A model generated the notes under the pieces. It saw only the letters and a program-made list of their open reading frames with translations, had not been told where the DNA came from and did no database searches. Below, piece after piece: positions 50,248-57,132 of a DNA stretch of 57,132 nt. The first letter of the stretch is position 1. Each line of letters opens with the position of its first letter. Both the position numbers and the translations under genes were made by a program. The DNA is from Terrimesophilobacter sp. (GTDB taxonomy: Bacteria > Actinomycetota > Actinomycetes > Actinomycetales > Microbacteriaceae): NCBI GenBank assembly GCA_036833635.1, contig DAITPJ010000003.1, positions 1 through 57,132 of the forward strand. The letters run 5' to 3'.

Positions 50248-51225
50248 TCAGGCGTCCTCGTAGTCGGCCGGCAGGTTCGCGTCGGTGCCGGGGATGCCGC
50301 GGTCGGAGGCGACCTTGTCCGCCATCGCGAGAAGGCGACGGATGCGTCCGGCGACGGCATCCTTCGTCATGGGCGGTTCGGCATGGTGACCGAGCTCGTC
50401 GAGGCTCGCGTCGCGGAACCGGAGGCGCAGCTCCCCCGCGTACTGCAGGTGGTCAGGGACTTTGCCCTCGAGGATCTCGAGAGCGCGTTCAACCCGCGCG
50501 CACGCGGCCACGGCGGCCTGGGCCGAGCGGCGCAGGTTCGCGTCGTCGAAGTTCACGAGCCGGTTCGCGGTCGCCCGCACCTCCCGCCGCTGGCGGAGTT
50601 CCTCCCAGCTCACGACCGTCGCGACGGCACCCATGTGGACGAGCATCGTGCTGATCGCCTCGCCGTCCCTGATGACGACGCGATGCACGCCGCGGACCTC
50701 CCTGGCCTTGGCCGGCACCTTGAGCCTTCCTGCGGCTCCGACGAGCGCCATTGCGGATTCATTGCCGGGGCAGGTGACCTCGAGTGCCGCAGAGCGGCCG
50801 GGGTCGGTGAGCGAGCCCCTCGCGAGGAAGGCGCCGCGCCAGACGGCCGCGAGCTCCTCCTGGGAACCTGTCGTGAGCTTGTTGGGCAGACCGCGCACTG
50901 GGCGTCGGCGCGCATCGAGCAGTCCGGTCTGCCGCGCGAGCGTCTCCCCGTCGAGCACCCGCACGAGGTAATGGTTCGTCCGCCGGATGCCGGATGCCGA
51001 GATCACGGCGAGTTCACTTCGCACGCCGAAGAGCTCGAGGATGTCCCTGCGCACCCGCTGGGCGAGCTCGGCGGAGTCGAGTTCGGACTCGACGGCGATC
51101 CGCCCGGAAATGAGGTGGAGTCCCCCGGAGAAGCGCAGGATGGTGGCGAGTTCCGCAGCGCGGATGGAGGTCCTGCTCGTCTCGACTTTCGCGAGTTCTG
51201 CCTTGACGTCCGCGGTCAATGCCAC
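50248..51225 (-). CDS. whiA: DNA-binding protein WhiA
   Basis: [31 protein letters not shown]...[12 protein letters not shown]. Confidence 0.96.
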   Translation of the reverse strand: MALTADVKAELAKVETSRTSIRAAELATILRFSGGLHLISGRIAVESELDSAELAQRVRRDILELFGVRSELAVISASGIRRTNHYLVRVLDGETLARQTGLLDARRRPVRGLPNKLTTGSQEELAAVWRGAFLARGSLTDPGRSAALEVTCPGNESAMALVGAAGRLKVPAKAREVRGVHRVVIRDGEAISTMLVHMGAVATVVSWEELRQRREVRATANRLVNFDDANLRRSAQAAVAACARVERALEILEGKVPDHLQYAGELRLRFRDASLDELGHHAEPPMTKDAVAGRIRRLLAMADKVASDRGIPGTDANLPADYEDA

Positions 51226-51238
51226 CTGTCGATTCCCT

Positions 51239-52114
51239 TCATTCCCTGCCCAGATCCCGATGCTTGACGTTGACGGCGACGCCCGGCAGGCCGCGGAGGA
51301 TCGCGGCGAGCTGCTCGGCGATGGCCACTGACCGGTGTTTTCCGCCCGTGCAGCCGAGGGCGATCGTCGCGTGGCGCTTGTTCTCGCGCTGGTAGCCGGC
51401 GAGCACCGGCGTGAGCGCGGCAGCGTAGGCCTCGACGAACTCGCTCGCCCCCTCCTGTGCCAGTACGAATTCGCTCACGACCGGCTCGAGGCCGGTGTGC
51501 GCGCGCAACTCGGGGATCCAGAACGGGTTCGGCAGGAACCGCATGTCGGCGACGAGGTCGGCATCGGTGGGCACGCCGTACTTGAAGCCGAAGCTCACGA
51601 CCGTCACCTGGACTCCTGCGCTTCCCTCCTCGGCGAAGATCTCGGAGACCTTCGTCGCGAGCTGATGGATGTTGAGGTCCGAGGTGTCGATGATGATGTC
51701 GCTCGACTCCCGCATCTCGAGCATCCTGGCGCGCTCCGCTGCAATGCCGTCAAGCAATGTCCCATCGCCCTGCAGCGGGTGCGGGCGCCTCACCTGCTCG
51801 AAACGGCGCACGAGGGCATCGTCGGTCGCCTCGAGGAAGAGCACCCGGACATTCGAGACCGCACGCAGCGCCTCGACCGTCTCCTGGAGGTCGGCGAAGA
51901 GACGGCCGCCGCGCACGTCGGTGATCGCGGCGATCTTAGGGACGGTGTCCCCCGCCTTCGTCGCGAGCTCGACGAGTGGCGTGATCATCTGCGGCGGGAG
52001 GTTGTCGACGACATACCAGCCGAGATCCTCGAGGGCGTTGCCGACGGTCGAGCGACCGGCGCCGGACATCCCCGTGACGACGAGCACCTCCTGGCGGGTG
52101 CTGTCGTTCCTCAT
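51239..52114 (-). CDS. rapZ: RNase adapter RapZ/YvcJ P-loop protein
   Basis: [36 protein letters not shown]; start could extend to 52159. Confidence 0.94.
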   Translation of the reverse strand: MRNDSTRQEVLVVTGMSGAGRSTVGNALEDLGWYVVDNLPPQMITPLVELATKAGDTVPKIAAITDVRGGRLFADLQETVEALRAVSNVRVLFLEATDDALVRRFEQVRRPHPLQGDGTLLDGIAAERARMLEMRESSDIIIDTSDLNIHQLATKVSEIFAEEGSAGVQVTVVSFGFKYGVPTDADLVADMRFLPNPFWIPELRAHTGLEPVVSEFVLAQEGASEFVEAYAAALTPVLAGYQRENKRHATIALGCTGGKHRSVAIAEQLAAILRGLPGVAVNVKHRDLGRE

Positions 52115-52171
52115 CGGTTCATCACGCCCCTGCTCGTCGCCGTCGGATCGGTGCCTCAAAGCCTACCGACA

Positions 52172-54108
52172 TCAGGACGGTCGGGAATCCTCCTCGCGCA
52201 GTCTCGCGTACACGGCGGTCGCCGTCGCGGGGCCGATCCCCCGCACTTCCGCGATCCCCTCCGCCTCTGCAGCCCGCAGCCGCGTGACCGACCCGAAGTG
52301 CCGGAGCAGCTCACGCACGCGCGCAGGGCCGAGGCCGGGGATCGTCGAGAGTACCGAACCGATGTCGGACCTGCGCCTCTGGCGCTGGTATGTGATCGCG
52401 AAGCGGTGCGCTTCATCGCGGATGCGCTGGAACAGGAAGAGCGCGTCGCTGTTGCGCGGCAGGATGACGGGGAAGTCGGCATCCGGCAGCCAGATCTCCT
52501 CGAGGCGTTTCGCTATGCCGCACAGGGCGATACCGCCCGGTCCGCTGGTTTCGAGGCCGGCATCCCGCAGCGCCCTCGCGGCGGCCTGGACCTGCGGTTG
52601 GCCGCCGTCGACGATGAGGAGATTCGGTCGGTACGCGAAGCGCTTGCGCGGGACTGCTCCGTCGAGCTCGAGCTGTTCGTGGAGCTCGCGCAGGCCCTGC
52701 TCCTCCTCGATGCGGGCGAGTCGCCGGCTCAGCGTCTGGTAGATCGACTCCGTGTCGTCGGTCGAGTCCGGGATGCTGAACCGCCGGTACTGGTCCTTGC
52801 GCGGCAGGCCGTCCTCGAACACGACCATCGAGGCGACGATGTTGGTCCCCGCGAGATGCGAGACGTCGTAACATTCCATTCGGAGGGGGGCCTCGGCCAT
52901 CCCGAGGGCTTCCTGGATGTCTGAGAGCGCCTGTGAGCGCGCGACGAAGTCACCGCTGCGGCGGGTCTTGTAGCTCGCGAGGGCGCTCTGTGCGTTCCGG
53001 GTGACCGTCTCGGAGAGTTGCGCGAGATCCCCGCGCTTCGCAACCCGGATGGCGACGCGCCCGCGTTTGCCGCGCTCGGCGCGCAGCTCGCTCAAGAGCC
53101 GCTCGAGCTCAGGCGAATCCTCGGGAAGGGCGGGCACGACGACGAGCCTGGGTGGGGCGAGCCCGCGCCCGCCGTCACCATGCTCGTAGGCATTGTGAAC
53201 CACGGACTCGACGAGTTCAGCGAGACTCAGGTCGAGTTCCTTGTCGACAACCCAGCTGCGAACGCCACGGATTCGCCCGCCGCGGACTGAGAACTGCTGC
53301 ACGGCGGCGGCGAGCTCGTCGTGCGCGATCCCGAAGAGGTCGCCGTCGACGGTGTCGGGGAGCACGACGGTGTTCTTGGAGAGGACCGTCTCGATCGCGG
53401 CCAGCTGGTCGCGAAGCCTGGCAGCCGTCTCGTATTCCTGGCGTTCGGAGGCCTCGGCCATCCGCCGTGAAAGGTCGGCGACGAACTTCGAGTCGTTGCC
53501 CGCCATGAACGATGCGAAGTCGAGCGCAATGGATTTGTGATCCTCCTTGCTGATCCGACCGACGCAAGGGGCTGCGCACTTGCCGATTTCACCGAGGAGG
53601 CATGGGCGCCCCGACTGCTCCGCTCGGCGGTAGACGGAGTCAGAGCAGCTGCGCATGGGGAAGACCCGCAGGAGCAGGTCGAGAGTCTCCCTGATCGCCC
53701 AGACCTTCGTGTACGGGCCGAAGTAGCGCGCTCCCGGAATCTTCCGGTTGCGCGTCACGAGCACGCGAGGAACGTCATCGGCGAGGGTGATCGCGAGGTA
53801 CGGGTACGACTTGTCATCGCGGAACTGGACGTTGAAAGGCGGGTTGAACTCCTTGATCCAGCTGAACTCGAGCTGCAGCGCCTCGAATTCGCTCCCCACG
53901 ACCGTCCACTCGACCGAGTTCGCCGTCGTGACCATGTGCCTCGTGCGTTCATGAAGACTCGTGAGCGGGGCGAAGTAATTGCTGAGCCTGGCTCGCAGGT
54001 TCTTCGCCTTGCCGACGTAGAGGATGCGGCCCGCGGAGTCCCTGAAGCGATAGACGCCGGGCGAGGTCGGGATCTCACCCGTTTTCGGCCGGTACGCCAC
54101 CGTGTCCG

Positions 54109-54112
<4 letters not shown>
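52172..54112 (-). CDS. uvrC: Excinuclease ABC subunit C
   Basis: GIY-YIG ([12 protein letters not shown]), [21 protein letters not shown], HhH. Confidence 0.97.
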
Positions 54113-57087
<2,975 letters not shown>

Positions 57088-57094
57088 TCTCACC

Positions 57095-57116
57095 ATTCTA
57101 TGGAGGACCACCGACA
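57095..57116 (-). promoter_or_regulatory. PafBC/RecA-NDp promoter of uvrA
   Basis: Minus strand TGTCGG-tggtcctcca-TAGAAT, an exact match to TGTCGG-N10-TA-N3-T. Confidence 0.8.
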
Positions 57117-57132
57117 TCGCGCCGAGGGCTCA

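Overview
High-GC actinobacterial chromosome segment, most likely Microbacteriaceae judging from gene order and protein style. It holds about 55 CDSs; I found no rRNA, tRNA, CRISPR array or recognisable mobile element. Left end: a D-amino-acid-dehydrogenase-like gene, then an SOS mutasome cassette imuA'-imuB-dnaE2. The cassette is split by a class I SAM methyltransferase, followed by a HAD-fold gene, and faced by a convergent DExH helicase. Middle: envelope and carbohydrate genes (GDSL hydrolase, desaturase, DD-carboxypeptidase, TrmH, sirtuin operon, GT4, treS, glgM/glgC, serB, fabG), a DUF3099-small Cys protein-SURF1 unit, ABC-F, bioY, a reduced suf operon (no sufR/sufS/sufU) and ctaA/ctaB. 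Right: the conserved core block tkt-tal-pgi-zwf-opcA-pgl facing rbpA-secG-tpiA-pgk-gap-sod-whiA-rapZ-uvrC-uvrA. Most interesting signals: (1) near-identical LexA-box/leaderless promoters in front of both imuA' and imuB, bracketing the inserted methyltransferase; (2) PafBC (RecA-NDp)-type promoters at uvrA and at the uncharacterised helicase; (3) a ~180-nt structured sufB leader with alternative pairings where sufR usually lies, overlapping head-to-head with the ctaA promoter region; (4) pervasive leaderless promoters. All calls come from motif reading and recall; no database searches were run.
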